From positions 1 to 60,283 of the forward strand of contig JAGUUY010000039.1 in assembly GCA_020063185.1 (NCBI GenBank): 60,283 nt of DNA, in the 5' to 3' direction. The position numbers were made by a program, and so were the translations under genes. Of this stretch, positions 27,099 through 37,532 are shown in pieces. Source of the DNA: Bacillota bacterium. Lineage in GTDB: Bacteria; Bacillota; Desulfotomaculia; Desulfotomaculales; Ammonificaceae. The notes beneath the pieces are model-generated. The model saw nothing but the letters and a program-made list of their open reading frames with translations, made no database searches and had not been told where the DNA came from. Every line of letters starts with the position of its first letter. Positions within the stretch are counted from its first letter, which is position 1.

Positions 27099-29428
27099 CC
27101 CAGTTCCACCACCGTCACACCGGCGCCGCCCTCCCCTTGCCCTCCGGCCCGAAATGACTTCACCCGAGGGTAGCTCCGCAAGTACTCTTTTACGGCGGAC
27201 CCCAACGCCCCCGTACCAAAACCGTGAATGACATCCACCCGGTGGAGCCCGGCGAGAAGCGCGGCGTCAAGGTGCCTTTCAAGGTTGATCAGCGCTTCCT
27301 CGACCCGCTGCCCCCTGAGGTCCAGGGTGGGGCGAACCGCACGGGCCGCCGTCACCTCAACAACGCCCGCCCGCCGCCGTCTTTCCGCGGGCTGAACCGC
27401 CGCCAGCGGCACATCCACCCGGAAAGCGCCGATTTGTACGGAAACAGTCCCTTCCTCTGAGACCGCCATGACAGTCCCTTCCTGCCCGAAACGGGGAAGG
27501 AATACCGTTTCTCCCGCCGCCACCCGCCCCTTAGCAGCTGCGCCTGCGGCCGGTACAGGGGGCGAATAGTGGAAACGCTCGCCCAGCAGGCTCAGGCGTT
27601 CCCGCGCCTTCTGGAGCGCCATTTCTTGCTGCCGCCGGTTTTCCTCATGGATCTTTTCCCGCAGTTCCTTAATTATCCCCTCCGCCTCGCGCCGCGCCTT
27701 ACGCACGGCGGCAGCCGCGTCTTCCCGGGCCTCCGCGAGCACCTTATCTTTTTTATGCAAAATTTCCGATACCTTGGCGTTGTACTCGGCCTTCAGGTGC
27801 TCGGCTTCCTCCTTGAGACGGGCCGCGAGCGAGGCTTCCGCCTCCGCCCGGCGGCGGAACTGCTCCACTTCCCCAAGCTTGTCGCGCAGGTGCCGTTCTT
27901 CAGGAGTCAGATATTCCCTGGCCCGCAACACCAGGTGTTCCGGAAGGCCGAGACCGCGGGCGATCTCGAACGCGTTGGACCGGCCCGGTTGACCGGTAAT
28001 CAGCCGGTAGGTCGGGGACAAGGTCTCGGGGTCGAGTTCTACGGATGCGTTTTCCACCCTTGACCGCCCGACCGCGAATTCTTTCAGCTCCCCGCTGTGG
28101 GTACTGGCTATGGTCTTGGCTCCGCGCCGGCCGAGTTCCTCCAGTACCGCGCATCCCAGTGCCGCCCCCTCTCTGGGGTCCGTGCCCGCTCCCAATTCGT
28201 CCAGGAGAACGAGGGAATTCTCCCCGGCGTTACTGATTATTTCAATAATATTGCGCAAGTGGGATGAGAAAGTGCTGAGGTTTTCGGCAACGCTCTGTTC
28301 ATCGCCGATATCCGCGAAAACGTTTCTGAAAACACCGATTGTGGTACCTTCCGCCGCCGGTATTTCCAGCCCGGACTGCGCCATTAAAACACAAAGGCCG
28401 ACGGTCTTGAGGGCTACCGTCTTGCCGCCGGTATTGGGCCCGGTGACGATCAGGGTGTCAAAGGTTTTCCCGAGGTCGACATCTATCGGCACCGCTTTGC
28501 CGATCAACGGGTGGCGCGCCCTTTTCAGCTCCAAACACGGGAACGGCACGACAACCGGGGGTACGGCGTCAAGGGCCACGCTGTAACGCCCCTGCGCCAG
28601 GATAAGGTCGAGCCGGCCGAGTACTTCGGTGGACTCGGATACGTCTTCACCCACCGCGCCAAGAGCGGCGGAAAGCTGCATAAGAATGCGCTCGATTTCC
28701 TGCCGCTCGGCGGCCTCCAGCCGGCGCACTTCGTTCCCCTTTTCCACCACGGCGAACGGTTCGACGAAAAGTGTGGCCCCGCTTGCCGACTGGTCGTGGA
28801 CAAGCCCTTTCACTTTGTCCCGATACTCGATTTTAACCGGTAAAACGTAGCGCCCTTCCCGGATGGTGACTATCGGGTCCTGCAGGTACTTCTGCCACGC
28901 CGGCGACCGCAGGAACCGGTCAAGGACCTCCCTGATGTCGCTCTTCAATCGTTCAAGCCGTCTCCTGGTCTGGGCAAGCAGGGGGGAGGCGTCGTCGAGT
29001 ATTTCACCGGGCGGCCGGATACACCTCACGAATTCTTCTTCGAGTTCCGGCACGGGGCGCAAGTTGTCCGCCAGTTGTTTGAGCGCCGGATAGGCGGAGC
29101 CCCTTTTTTTAAAGAACGTTTTTACCAGGCGGGTTACGGCGAGGTTCTCCGCTGCACGGTTGAGTTGGGCCGCTTCAAGGACACCTCCTTGCGCCAACCG
29201 TCTCAGTTCCGGACGGATGTCATGCCAGCCCCCGTAGTCGAAACCCGGCTCAAGCCGCAGTAAATCCCGTGCCTCAGCGGTTAGGACGAGCCGGCGTCTG
29301 ACCGCGTCAACGTCAACGGCGGGACTAAGGCTCATGGCCAGTTCCCGGCCGATGGGACTTGTTGTCTGCGCCGCAAGTTTTTCACGTACGAGGTTGAATT
29401 CGAGCCGCTGCAAGACCCGTTCGTCCAA
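27095..29428 (-). CDS. mutS2: endonuclease MutS2
   Basis: 777 aa with Walker A GPNTGGKT and a C-terminal Smr domain (LDLRGQRVEEAL...HGFGTGAL). Confidence 0.95.
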   Translation of the reverse strand: MDERVLQRLEFNLVREKLAAQTTSPIGRELAMSLSPAVDVDAVRRRLVLTAEARDLLRLEPGFDYGGWHDIRPELRRLAQGGVLEAAQLNRAAENLAVTRLVKTFFKKRGSAYPALKQLADNLRPVPELEEEFVRCIRPPGEILDDASPLLAQTRRRLERLKSDIREVLDRFLRSPAWQKYLQDPIVTIREGRYVLPVKIEYRDKVKGLVHDQSASGATLFVEPFAVVEKGNEVRRLEAAERQEIERILMQLSAALGAVGEDVSESTEVLGRLDLILAQGRYSVALDAVPPVVVPFPCLELKRARHPLIGKAVPIDVDLGKTFDTLIVTGPNTGGKTVALKTVGLCVLMAQSGLEIPAAEGTTIGVFRNVFADIGDEQSVAENLSTFSSHLRNIIEIISNAGENSLVLLDELGAGTDPREGAALGCAVLEELGRRGAKTIASTHSGELKEFAVGRSRVENASVELDPETLSPTYRLITGQPGRSNAFEIARGLGLPEHLVLRAREYLTPEERHLRDKLGEVEQFRRRAEAEASLAARLKEEAEHLKAEYNAKVSEILHKKDKVLAEAREDAAAAVRKARREAEGIIKELREKIHEENRRQQEMALQKARERLSLLGERFHYSPPVPAAGAAAKGRVAAGETVFLPRFGQEGTVMAVSEEGTVSVQIGAFRVDVPLAAVQPAERRRRAGVVEVTAARAVRPTLDLRGQRVEEALINLERHLDAALLAGLHRVDVIHGFGTGALGSAVKEYLRSYPRVKSFRAGGQGEGGAGVTVVELG

Positions 29429-29514
29429 GTATTGCGCACTCCCTTGAAAATGCTTTCTTCTTCCGCGGGCGCAGTGACGAGCTTCGCATTACTGCGTCAG
29501 GCTCGCCGGCATTT

Positions 29515-29625
29515 GAGAGGTGTGATGTGGGAGGTTAGAGGTGAGATGTTTGTGGGAATTAGCTGGTAAGCGAATCCCTTCGAGAATCCCACTTCCAACT
29601 TCACACGTCTCACTTCCCAATTGTC
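29515..29625. repeat. heptad-periodic purine-rich / pyrimidine-rich arm pair (family member E2)
   Basis: Five heptads GAGAGGT GTGATGT GGGAGGT TAGAGGT GAGATGT lie at 29515-29549. Five heptads CCCACTT CCAACTT CACACGT CTCACTT CCCAATT lie at 29588-29622. The arms are roughly complementary, for example GTGGGA 29552-29557 with TCCCAC 29587-29592. The 15-mer 29611-29625 is identical to 2479-2493. Confidence 0.7.
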
Positions 29626-29806
29626 CGGTTGCGCCTTCCTTGTACCGCTCGCTCCTCGCCGCGTTCCGTTTGTGTTACTCTTCTGCATCTAAGTAACCAG
29701 CTTACCGGTCCAGCCCACTTTTCATCCTTCGCACTGCCGCCTCCGGCGGCATGGGCAACGCACACTAAATACTACCTGTGTTTATCCGTCCATACCGTCC
29801 GCTGCC

Positions 29807-32335
29807 TTATCCTGAAGAGGGAGGTTCAAGGTCGGCCTGCCGGCGCGCCGGGCGGAAATAATGACCCCGGGTAATATTTTCCTTTCCCGTCAGTTCCTCC
29901 TCCAACCCGGTGAAATCCAGGGCCGCCCCTGTGACAACGGCGTCAAGACCTTTACGGTAGGCGGACGTTACCCGGAAAACATAGGCGGCATCGCGTGTGC
30001 GCGCTTCAATCCGCAAGCCGGCCACCCCCGTACTTACCAGAGCGGGCAAGTGTGCGAGCATCACCAGCTCCCGGCTGTTGAAAATATACGCCCTGCAGTC
30101 GGTCCCCGTGTAAACCGGGAAAAGCGCTCCCATGCGGTCTTTCAGCGCGTAACTTTTCCCGCGGCATTTCACCGCGCAGCCCCGCTCCGATTCGGTTTGG
30201 TCCTCCATTATACCGCCCACGACGCAGTATTCCAGTGCCATTAGGGGCAAAAGCCCGTGGGCCACGACTTCCACCGGAAGAGGGGACCTGGACGCGGCAG
30301 CGGCCACACGGTACAGGTTAAGTTCGGGGGACAGCGCGGCTCCCTTCACCCGGTGGTCCTGAAGAAAGGCCGCCGCCTGAGTATTGAACACGTTCAAATA
30401 GTAGTCAGCCCATATAATAAATCCTGTTTCACGCCCGAGCGCCCGTACCAGACCAAGGTTGCCGGCGACCACTCCGGCCCCCCCGCCGCCCGCAGTCCTA
30501 AGCCCGTCTACAAGCACCTTCAGCTCATTATCTTTAGTAATTCTCGGCGTGAGGAAATACAGCTCACGGTTCTTTGACGATACACGCGCCGCCGCCTCTG
30601 CCAGGTCCTCTTGATCGGGCCCTCCCTCCCGGAATTCCCCGCCGTAATAGATGCGATCGGCCCCCGCCTCAAGCGCCGCGCTCACACCGGCCAGGTCCGC
30701 GCAGGCGACGGACAGAAAGGGCTTCGACACCCCGTGAACGGCGGTGAGAAACAGTCCCCGAACTCTTTTTGCAAACACAGCGTCCGGGAGCTTTTCCGGA
30801 ACCCTTGACCGCTTCCTTTCAAGTTGGTTGACAGCGGCCCGGCGGGCGGCGTTAAGCTCGCTTTTCGGGATAAAAAGGCCTTCAGCTATCGGTCCGTCAA
30901 GTTCCGCCAAACGAAATGGGGTACCCCCCAGCCGTCCAAGTTGCGCCTTTAGAGTTTCACGGGTCAGCGGCTGGTTCCCCGCGCGGACGGCGGGGGTGTG
31001 CGTAAAGCCTTCCCCGCAGTTACCCTCCCGGTCCTCGACCCGCACCATACAGGGTTGATCCTCGCTCAGGGTTACGCGGAAACGGAGCGGAATTTCTTTT
31101 CTCTCCGCCCCGGAAAAGCTGGTCCGGGCGTCGTGAACAAGAGCGGCGTCCTCGGTCTTGAATACCCTGTCGCCGGGCCGGATCCCGCCCACAGCAGCCA
31201 CTTCCGCCACCGCCGGGGGGCTTGCGTGCAGGACCTCCCGTCCTTCAACCAGCAGGCGCTCCACGCGGGTAACGACCCGGCCTCCTTCCGAAACCCAGAA
31301 CTCGACGGTGTCTCCCAGCCGCAAGGGGAGGGTCAACTTGATTTCGGCCAGCCGGCCGCTCCGGTCGTATGCGATAACCCGGCCCAGCGGCACACCCCTG
31401 TTGCTGGGCCGTTGCATGTTCATAAGGCTCCGGCCCGGCCTGCCGAAGAGATATCCGGTCGAAAAACCGCGGTTGAAGATTTGCGCCAGTGCCGCCGATT
31501 CTTCCGGTGCGACGAAAAAGTTTCCCGCCGCCAGCCGCTCCAATAAGCACCGGTAAATGCGCACCACAGTCGCCACGTATTCGGGCCGTTTCATCCGGCC
31601 CTCGATCTTCAGCGCGTCGATCCCGGCGGCGGCCAAAGCTGGTATGTGACGGGCATAGTTTAAATCGCGCGTAGACAGAAGGTATTCACCCGCCGCCTCC
31701 GATTCCGGTACGGCGCCCTTCTCATCCACAAGGGTGTACGGCAGGCGGCACGGTTGGGCGCACACACCGCGATTACCGCTGCGGCCGCCCACCATGCTGG
31801 ACAGTAAGCACTGGCCGGAGTAGCATACGCAGAGCGCCCCGTGGACAAAAACCTCTATTTCCAAGGCGGTTGTTTCCTTTATTACCTTAATTTCGTTAAG
31901 GGTCAGTTCCCGTGCCAGGATCACTCGGCTTATACCCGCCTCCCCGAGGAAGGCCGCACCCTCGGCATTATGGACGGTCATCTGCGTGCTGGCGTGAAGC
32001 TGCAGTTCGGGAAGCGCTCCCCGCGCGAGGCGTAGAAGGCCGATATCCTGAATGATGGCGGCGTCGGCGCCGGATTCGTAGACAAAACGGAGGAAGCGCA
32101 GCGCCTCCTCCATCTCCTCTTCCGCCACCAGGGTATTCACCGTCACGTAGACCTTTACACCGCGAATGTGCGCGTAAGTAATCGCCCGCTCAAGTTCCGC
32201 AGCGCTGAAGTTAGGCGCCGACCGCCGGGCGTTGAAGCTCGCCCCCCCGAGGTACACCGCGTCCGCACCGTTTTGGACGGCCGCGGTCAACGCCTCCCGG
32301 CTTCCGGCGGGGGCCAGAAGTTCGGGTACCCGCAT
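29807..32335 (-). CDS. U32 family peptidase (long, collagenase-like form)
   Basis: U32 signature EVFVHGALCVCYSGQCLLSS. 842 aa. The start shares one base with the upstream stop (TGATG). Confidence 0.9.
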   Translation of the reverse strand: MRVPELLAPAGSREALTAAVQNGADAVYLGGASFNARRSAPNFSAAELERAITYAHIRGVKVYVTVNTLVAEEEMEEALRFLRFVYESGADAAIIQDIGLLRLARGALPELQLHASTQMTVHNAEGAAFLGEAGISRVILARELTLNEIKVIKETTALEIEVFVHGALCVCYSGQCLLSSMVGGRSGNRGVCAQPCRLPYTLVDEKGAVPESEAAGEYLLSTRDLNYARHIPALAAAGIDALKIEGRMKRPEYVATVVRIYRCLLERLAAGNFFVAPEESAALAQIFNRGFSTGYLFGRPGRSLMNMQRPSNRGVPLGRVIAYDRSGRLAEIKLTLPLRLGDTVEFWVSEGGRVVTRVERLLVEGREVLHASPPAVAEVAAVGGIRPGDRVFKTEDAALVHDARTSFSGAERKEIPLRFRVTLSEDQPCMVRVEDREGNCGEGFTHTPAVRAGNQPLTRETLKAQLGRLGGTPFRLAELDGPIAEGLFIPKSELNAARRAAVNQLERKRSRVPEKLPDAVFAKRVRGLFLTAVHGVSKPFLSVACADLAGVSAALEAGADRIYYGGEFREGGPDQEDLAEAAARVSSKNRELYFLTPRITKDNELKVLVDGLRTAGGGGAGVVAGNLGLVRALGRETGFIIWADYYLNVFNTQAAAFLQDHRVKGAALSPELNLYRVAAAASRSPLPVEVVAHGLLPLMALEYCVVGGIMEDQTESERGCAVKCRGKSYALKDRMGALFPVYTGTDCRAYIFNSRELVMLAHLPALVSTGVAGLRIEARTRDAAYVFRVTSAYRKGLDAVVTGAALDFTGLEEELTGKENITRGHYFRPARRQADLEPPSSG

Positions 32336-33318
32336 CAGTTCCTGGCTACCCGGATAAGTCCCGAAGCAGCCAGTATTTCCACCCCGTTCGCCGCAAGCCG
32401 GTCCAAATACAGGTTCATGCCGAGAGAGTCACTGGCCATATGACCGGCAATGACCACGTTGATGTTGTTTTTTTCCGCTTCCTTACGGTGGTCCTCTTTG
32501 ATATGCATACCCACGATCGTCCCTACCCCGGCTACCGCAAGTTTGGCGTAAGCGTCCTGGGAGCCGCTGGTGCCGCCCGTCATGTCCACGAATATCTTAC
32601 CTGCGCGGCGGTCTTTTTCGCCGACCACGATGCTTGGACCCGCGCCTTGCCCTGCCGCGGTCTTATATTCCGGCAACTCCCTCAAAAGCTTTATGACGTC
32701 GCTGAGGCGTTCGGGGCGGCGCTCGTCAAAAAGCCGCTGAAGGTGGTCGGCTACCAGGTTGTCCGCGGCGGTGTGGACGCACATAAGCGGGATGTCCAGC
32801 AGCCTGGCCGCATCCACGGCACGGAAGTGGTTGAGGGGCATAAGCCCCCTTTTCACCTCGCTGATCCTGGAGGCCATGATCCCTTCGGCTACGTTGATCG
32901 GTACCCCGAAACGGGCCAGCACGTCTTCCTGCAAGTGCATTACATCATGTAACGCCGCGAACGCGCCGCCTTCCGGGTGGTGCGCGATGATAAGGTCGAT
33001 GGGCCTCCCTTTTTCACCAAGCCTGTCGGCCAGAAGCACCTCCGCCGCCTCCATATCTATGCCGGTCAAGACCCTGGCTACCTCACGCTCGGGGGCGCCG
33101 AATAGGATTCGGGTATCGGCATATGGGTTGGTCAGCTTTTCAAGGTCGTATATTTCCTTTTCTTCGTCTTTTAGTTCGTCGTAGCGTTGGCGCTCCTTTT
33201 CCAGGAGCGCCTCTACCGTCTCTCTCCCTCTCGGATCGCAATTCATACCCAACTCCACGGCCAGCGCATAGATGTCTTGAATCTTCACTACCGGTACCTC
33301 CGTCAGATTATTTAACAC
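32335..33318 (-). CDS. Nif3-like dinuclear metal centre protein (tentative)
   Basis: IIAHHPEG and CVHTAADN resemble NIF3/YqfO metal-ligand blocks. The assignment is from memory only. Confidence 0.5.
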   Translation of the reverse strand: MLNNLTEVPVVKIQDIYALAVELGMNCDPRGRETVEALLEKERQRYDELKDEEKEIYDLEKLTNPYADTRILFGAPEREVARVLTGIDMEAAEVLLADRLGEKGRPIDLIIAHHPEGGAFAALHDVMHLQEDVLARFGVPINVAEGIMASRISEVKRGLMPLNHFRAVDAARLLDIPLMCVHTAADNLVADHLQRLFDERRPERLSDVIKLLRELPEYKTAAGQGAGPSIVVGEKDRRAGKIFVDMTGGTSGSQDAYAKLAVAGVGTIVGMHIKEDHRKEAEKNNINVVIAGHMASDSLGMNLYLDRLAANGVEILAASGLIRVARN

Positions 33319-33568
33319 GTTCCGCTTCGATTAGTTTCACCAAATTATCGTGTTCGTCCTTGAGCACCAAATACTCGTCGGAAATGTTGAGCGCCGCTAC
33401 TACGGCAACAGTGTGCAAAGACAGCCGCGGGTTTCTGGTCCGGACTTCCTTTATTTTCTGGTTTACCATGCGCGCCACTCGCTCAATATGCTCTGTGGCG
33501 GCTTCGCTCCTTAATAAGTAAGGTTCCCCCGCAATTTCCACTTCAACCCGGTTTATTTTGGCCGGCAT
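33308..33568 (-). CDS. zapA: cell division protein ZapA
   Basis: MPAKINRVEVEIAGEPYLLRS... is typical of Firmicute ZapA, and it lies directly downstream of pheT as in Bacillus. The internal ATG 33568 was chosen over the ORF-track start. Confidence 0.75.
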   Translation of the reverse strand: MPAKINRVEVEIAGEPYLLRSEAATEHIERVARMVNQKIKEVRTRNPRLSLHTVAVVAALNISDEYLVLKDEHDNLVKLIEAERVK

Positions 33569-33726
33569 ACCTTTTACCCCCCGCCGCTTTTCGGCAGATT
33601 TTCGCCGCATTCCTGCAAATATCCTCCCGCGCACAGCTTATTTTTGACCCCCGGCCCAACAAAACGGGGGTTATCGTTCAACGCCGCCGGAGACCGATTT
33701 ATTTCGCGGGCTACCGGTTGTCGGTA

Positions 33727-36120
33727 TTACCAGCGCAGCACGGCGCCGCACTTCTCCTTTAAACGGTTGACGATCGCCTCGACACACGCGGCAGCCTCCG
33801 TATCCGTCAGGGTGCGGTCTCCGGCCTGAAACAGAAGGGAGAACGCTATGCTCCTGGTACATTCCGGCAACTTCGCGCCCTTATAAACGTCGAAAAGCCT
33901 GAGTTCCCGAAGCAACTCTCCCCCCGCCGTCTTCACATTATCCACCAGTTCGGCCGCGGGTACCCCCTCAGGGACAACAACGGCAATATCCCGGAGCACC
34001 CCCGGAAAGCGCACAAGTTCGCGAAAAGCCGCGACCTTCCGTACCGCCAAAAGCCGCTCGATATCAAACTCGGCCAGTATCACGTCATTCGGCAAGTCCA
34101 GGGACATCTTGATCTCCGGGTGAACTTGACCGAGGTACCCCAGTTCTTTGTCCCCGGCCAGTACACCAGCGGCCCGCATAGGGTGAAGCGAAGGGTGGGT
34201 CTGGAGAGGCCTGAATACCGCATCTATTCCAAGACGGTCCAATAACGCCTCAACGATTCCTTTAAGAAAGTAGAAGTCCATGTCCCGTGGCGGGCTCTCC
34301 CAACCCCGGGGTTCCTTACCGGCCACCGCCATACCAAGCTTGAGAGGTTCGTCGGGTAGTTCGCCGTCAGCGCGGGGTTTGAATACCCTGCCGGCTTCGA
34401 ACACCGCGATGTCCGTCACCCGGCGCGAAACATTCCGGCAGACAACCTCCAGCATTCCGGGCAGCAGCGTGGCACGGAGGACCGATTGCTCTTCACTGAT
34501 CGGATTTTTCAAGGCCACCACCCGGCGGAGGGGGTCATCTTGCGGCAAGCGCAAAAGGTCAAAAGACATCGGGTTGATAAAGCTATAAGTAACGACCTCC
34601 GTAAGACCAAGCCCCGTCAAGAACCGGTTGACCCATCTTATAAAGGTTTCCACTGGTGGGCGCCGCCCTGGTGTGGCTTCGCCGTATGTTTGGGTGGCGG
34701 CAATCCGGTCGTAACCGTAAAGCCGCGCTACTTCCTCCGCGATATCCTCTTCAATGCTCACGTCGGGACGAAACGTGGGGACCGAAACAATAAGGCGGTC
34801 TGTGTTCTTGCGCACGCCGAAGCCGAGTGCTTTCAGCCACTTTACGGCTTTATCTCCGGGCACGCTCGCCCCGATGATTTGGTCCAACCGGTCCGGCCGT
34901 ACCACCACCGTCTTTTGATCCGGGCGTACCGTATAGGAGTCGACAACGCCGGGCACCACCCGGCCCATGCCGGTCTCCGCGACCAGACGCGCCATCCGGC
35001 CGGCGGCCCGCACCGCCCCTTCAATGTCGACCCGCTTTTCGAAACGCAGCGAAGCCTCAGAGCGCAACCCAAGCTTCCGCGAGGTCTTCCGGATACTCAA
35101 GGGGTCAAAGTTGGCGGATTCCAGGAGTACGGTCGCGGTACCGGGAGTGACCTCCGTTTCTAGTCCGCCCATCACCCCGGCGACGGCCACCGCTCGTTCG
35201 GCGTCTGCAATAAGCAGATCCTCCCTGTCAAACTGGCGCGTTACCCCGTCCAGGGTGACCAGCCTTTCGCCCGGTGAAGCCCGGCGAACCACGATCCGGC
35301 GGCCGCGGAGGGTTTCGTAATCAAAGGCGTGCAGGGGTTGGCCCAACTCCAGCATGACGTAGTTGGTAACGTCAACAAGGTTGTAAATCGGCCGCATACC
35401 AGCGAGCCTTAGCCGCGTCTGCAGCCGGAGCGGCGCCTGGCCGATTTTGATGTCTTCGAAAACCCGCGCCGCGTAACGGCCGCAGAGTTGGGGATCCCTG
35501 ATTTCAACATCGATATAGCCTGCCGCTTCATCCCCCTCGCTTTCGAGTACCGGAGGGTAGTTGAGTTGCAGACCGTATAGCACGGCTACCTCACGCGCGA
35601 TACCCAAAATGCTGAGGCAGTCGCCGCGGTTGGGGGTAAGGTCAAACGCCAGAACGGTGTCCGGAAGTCCAAGCAACGCGGCGATGTCTGTGCCGGGAGG
35701 GGTATCCGGGGGAAGGATCATTATGCCCGGCGACCGGTCTTCGAGACCCAATTCCACCTCTGAGCAGAGCATGCCCATGGAAGCGATACCGCGAAATCGA
35801 GCCTTCTTAATGACGGTACCGTCGGCCAGGCGGGCTCCTTCCAAAGCCAGGGGAACCACCGCACCCGTAAAAACGTTATCCGCAGCGGTGACTATCTCAT
35901 AGACTTCGCCGCCGGCGTCGGCGCTACAAATACTCAGTCTATCGGCGTTTGGATGGGGGCGGACGCCGCTAAGCCGGGCGGTAATGACCCCTTTCATTTT
36001 GTCACCGACGTCGGTCACCGTATCTACGGCTATACCGGCTGCCGTAAGACGTTCCGCCAGTTCCCGCGGCGAGACCGGAATATCAACGAACTCCCGCAAC
36101 CAGCTTAACGGTACCCTCAC
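33727..36120 (-). CDS. pheT: phenylalanine--tRNA ligase beta subunit
   Basis: 797 aa with the N-terminus MRVPLSWLREF and tRNA-binding, B3/4, B5 and C-terminal FDX-ACB regions. Confidence 0.96.
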   Translation of the reverse strand: MRVPLSWLREFVDIPVSPRELAERLTAAGIAVDTVTDVGDKMKGVITARLSGVRPHPNADRLSICSADAGGEVYEIVTAADNVFTGAVVPLALEGARLADGTVIKKARFRGIASMGMLCSEVELGLEDRSPGIMILPPDTPPGTDIAALLGLPDTVLAFDLTPNRGDCLSILGIAREVAVLYGLQLNYPPVLESEGDEAAGYIDVEIRDPQLCGRYAARVFEDIKIGQAPLRLQTRLRLAGMRPIYNLVDVTNYVMLELGQPLHAFDYETLRGRRIVVRRASPGERLVTLDGVTRQFDREDLLIADAERAVAVAGVMGGLETEVTPGTATVLLESANFDPLSIRKTSRKLGLRSEASLRFEKRVDIEGAVRAAGRMARLVAETGMGRVVPGVVDSYTVRPDQKTVVVRPDRLDQIIGASVPGDKAVKWLKALGFGVRKNTDRLIVSVPTFRPDVSIEEDIAEEVARLYGYDRIAATQTYGEATPGRRPPVETFIRWVNRFLTGLGLTEVVTYSFINPMSFDLLRLPQDDPLRRVVALKNPISEEQSVLRATLLPGMLEVVCRNVSRRVTDIAVFEAGRVFKPRADGELPDEPLKLGMAVAGKEPRGWESPPRDMDFYFLKGIVEALLDRLGIDAVFRPLQTHPSLHPMRAAGVLAGDKELGYLGQVHPEIKMSLDLPNDVILAEFDIERLLAVRKVAAFRELVRFPGVLRDIAVVVPEGVPAAELVDNVKTAGGELLRELRLFDVYKGAKLPECTRSIAFSLLFQAGDRTLTDTEAAACVEAIVNRLKEKCGAVLRW

Positions 36121-36136
36121 AAAACAGCCTCCTCTT

Positions 36137-36341
36137 TTCTAAGTTAAGCTCGGACGGATGGACCTCTAGGGTCCGTTTGACGTGCAACGTTCAAGCTAAT
36201 ACTGAATAGCGTCCAGGTCCGTTCGAAGTTCTAAGTTCTTAGGTTTAGCTCAAACGGATAGAGCTTTGGGGTCTAGAATGGAATATCAATTCTTTGAAAC
36301 CTCTGTCTTCCGTCTCCTCTATTCTGGATTCTGAATTCTGA
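36137..36341. repeat. composite repeat element inserted between pheS and pheT (family member E5)
   Basis: TTCTAAGTT occurs at 36137 and 36229. Two related modules lie at 36154-36194 and 36254-36276 (hairpin ATGGACC-TCTAG-GGTCCGT, then TTGACGT-GCA-ACGTTCAA). Heptads are AAGTTCT x2 (36226-36239) and ATTCTGG ATTCTGA ATTCTGA (36321-36341). Confidence 0.8.
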
Positions 36342-36364
36342 CCTCAAAGGTCTATCCCCGAAGG

Positions 36365-37387
36365 TCAGAACTGCTCCAGAAAACGCAGGTCGTTATCATA
36401 AAACATCCGCAGATCGCCGATGCCGTATTTCAGCATTGCCACCCGTTCAATACCCATGCCGAAGGCGAACCCCCTGCACCGCTCGGGGTCGTAACCTGAA
36501 ACCGCCAGCACCCGCGGGTGAACCATCCCCGCGCCCAGAATCTCCAGCCAACCGGTGTCCTTACAGACCCTGCAGCCTTCCCCGCCGCACATGACGCAGG
36601 AGATATCCACTTCCGCACTCGGCTCGGTAAAAGGAAAATAACTCGGGCGCAGGCGAATTCTGGTCTCAAGCCCGAACATCTCCTGGGCGAAGGTCAGCAA
36701 TACCCCTTTAAGGTCGCTCAAACGAATGTTTTTGTCCACCGCCAGTCCCTCGACCTGTTGAAACATGGGGGAGTGCGTGGCGTCATCATCCCGGCGGTAA
36801 ACCTTTCCCGGGGCGATGATTTTCACCGGCAGCTTCGGCGCCATACGTTCGAGGGTACGGACCTGGACCGGGGAGGTGTGCGTCCGGAGAAGCACGTCAT
36901 CGGAAATGAAAAACGTGTCTTGCATGTCCCGCGCGGGGTGGTCTTTGGGCAGGTTCAAGGCTTCAAAGTTGTAATAATCCAGTTCCACCTCGGGCCCCTC
37001 AACGATACTGTAACCCAGACCGAGGAAAATGGCTTCGATTTCTTCCTGTACAACACTTAATGGATGGCGGTGTCCGATACGTACCGGACGGCCCGGCAGC
37101 GTAACATCTAATTTTTCGCGCTCGAATTTGGCGAGTAAAGTTTGCCCCAGCAGCGCCTCGGACCTTGCGGACAGAGCCCTGTCAAGCTCTTCTTTTATTT
37201 CGTTCGCGCGCCGGCCGACAGGCGGCCTTTCATCAGGCGGCAGCGAGGCCATTTGGCGCAGGATTTGCGTTATTTCGCCTTTTCGCCCCAGGAAACGGAC
37301 GCGCAAAGATTCCAGTTCTTCAAGGTTTACGGCAAGCGCAACGGCCGTCTGCGCCCGTTCCCGGATCTCGTCCAACTGTTTCAGCAC
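36365..37387 (-). CDS. pheS: phenylalanine--tRNA ligase alpha subunit
   Basis: Class II core (for example [11 protein letters not shown] and [16 protein letters not shown]). GTG start at 37387 lies 6 nt after GGGGGT and gives a typical 340 aa. The ORF-track extension to 37588 is rejected. Confidence 0.95.
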   Translation of the reverse strand: MLKQLDEIRERAQTAVALAVNLEELESLRVRFLGRKGEITQILRQMASLPPDERPPVGRRANEIKEELDRALSARSEALLGQTLLAKFEREKLDVTLPGRPVRIGHRHPLSVVQEEIEAIFLGLGYSIVEGPEVELDYYNFEALNLPKDHPARDMQDTFFISDDVLLRTHTSPVQVRTLERMAPKLPVKIIAPGKVYRRDDDATHSPMFQQVEGLAVDKNIRLSDLKGVLLTFAQEMFGLETRIRLRPSYFPFTEPSAEVDISCVMCGGEGCRVCKDTGWLEILGAGMVHPRVLAVSGYDPERCRGFAFGMGIERVAMLKYGIGDLRMFYDNDLRFLEQF

Positions 37388-37532
37388 TTTGGTACCCCCG
37401 GCAACCACCAAACGCATACAACAACACAAATTTACGGCTCGCGGCAAGTACCGTCCGGTGGTTGAAATTTTCAGAACCCCCACAGGCTCTTTTCGGACCG
37501 CCTGCACCATTACCCAGGCGGGCCATAAAATA

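Noticed and set aside
36154-36194. tRNA-like (even tRNA-Pyl-like) reading of the hairpin ATGGAC-CTCTAGG-GTCCGT, which would be a 6-bp stem with a 7-nt loop and a CUA anticodon
   Set aside because: No acceptor stem, D-arm/T-arm geometry or GTTCRANYC T-loop can be built around it. The loop also closes as a pentaloop (C-G pair), and the second copy at 52347-52368 has TTTGG instead. The resemblance is probably coincidental.
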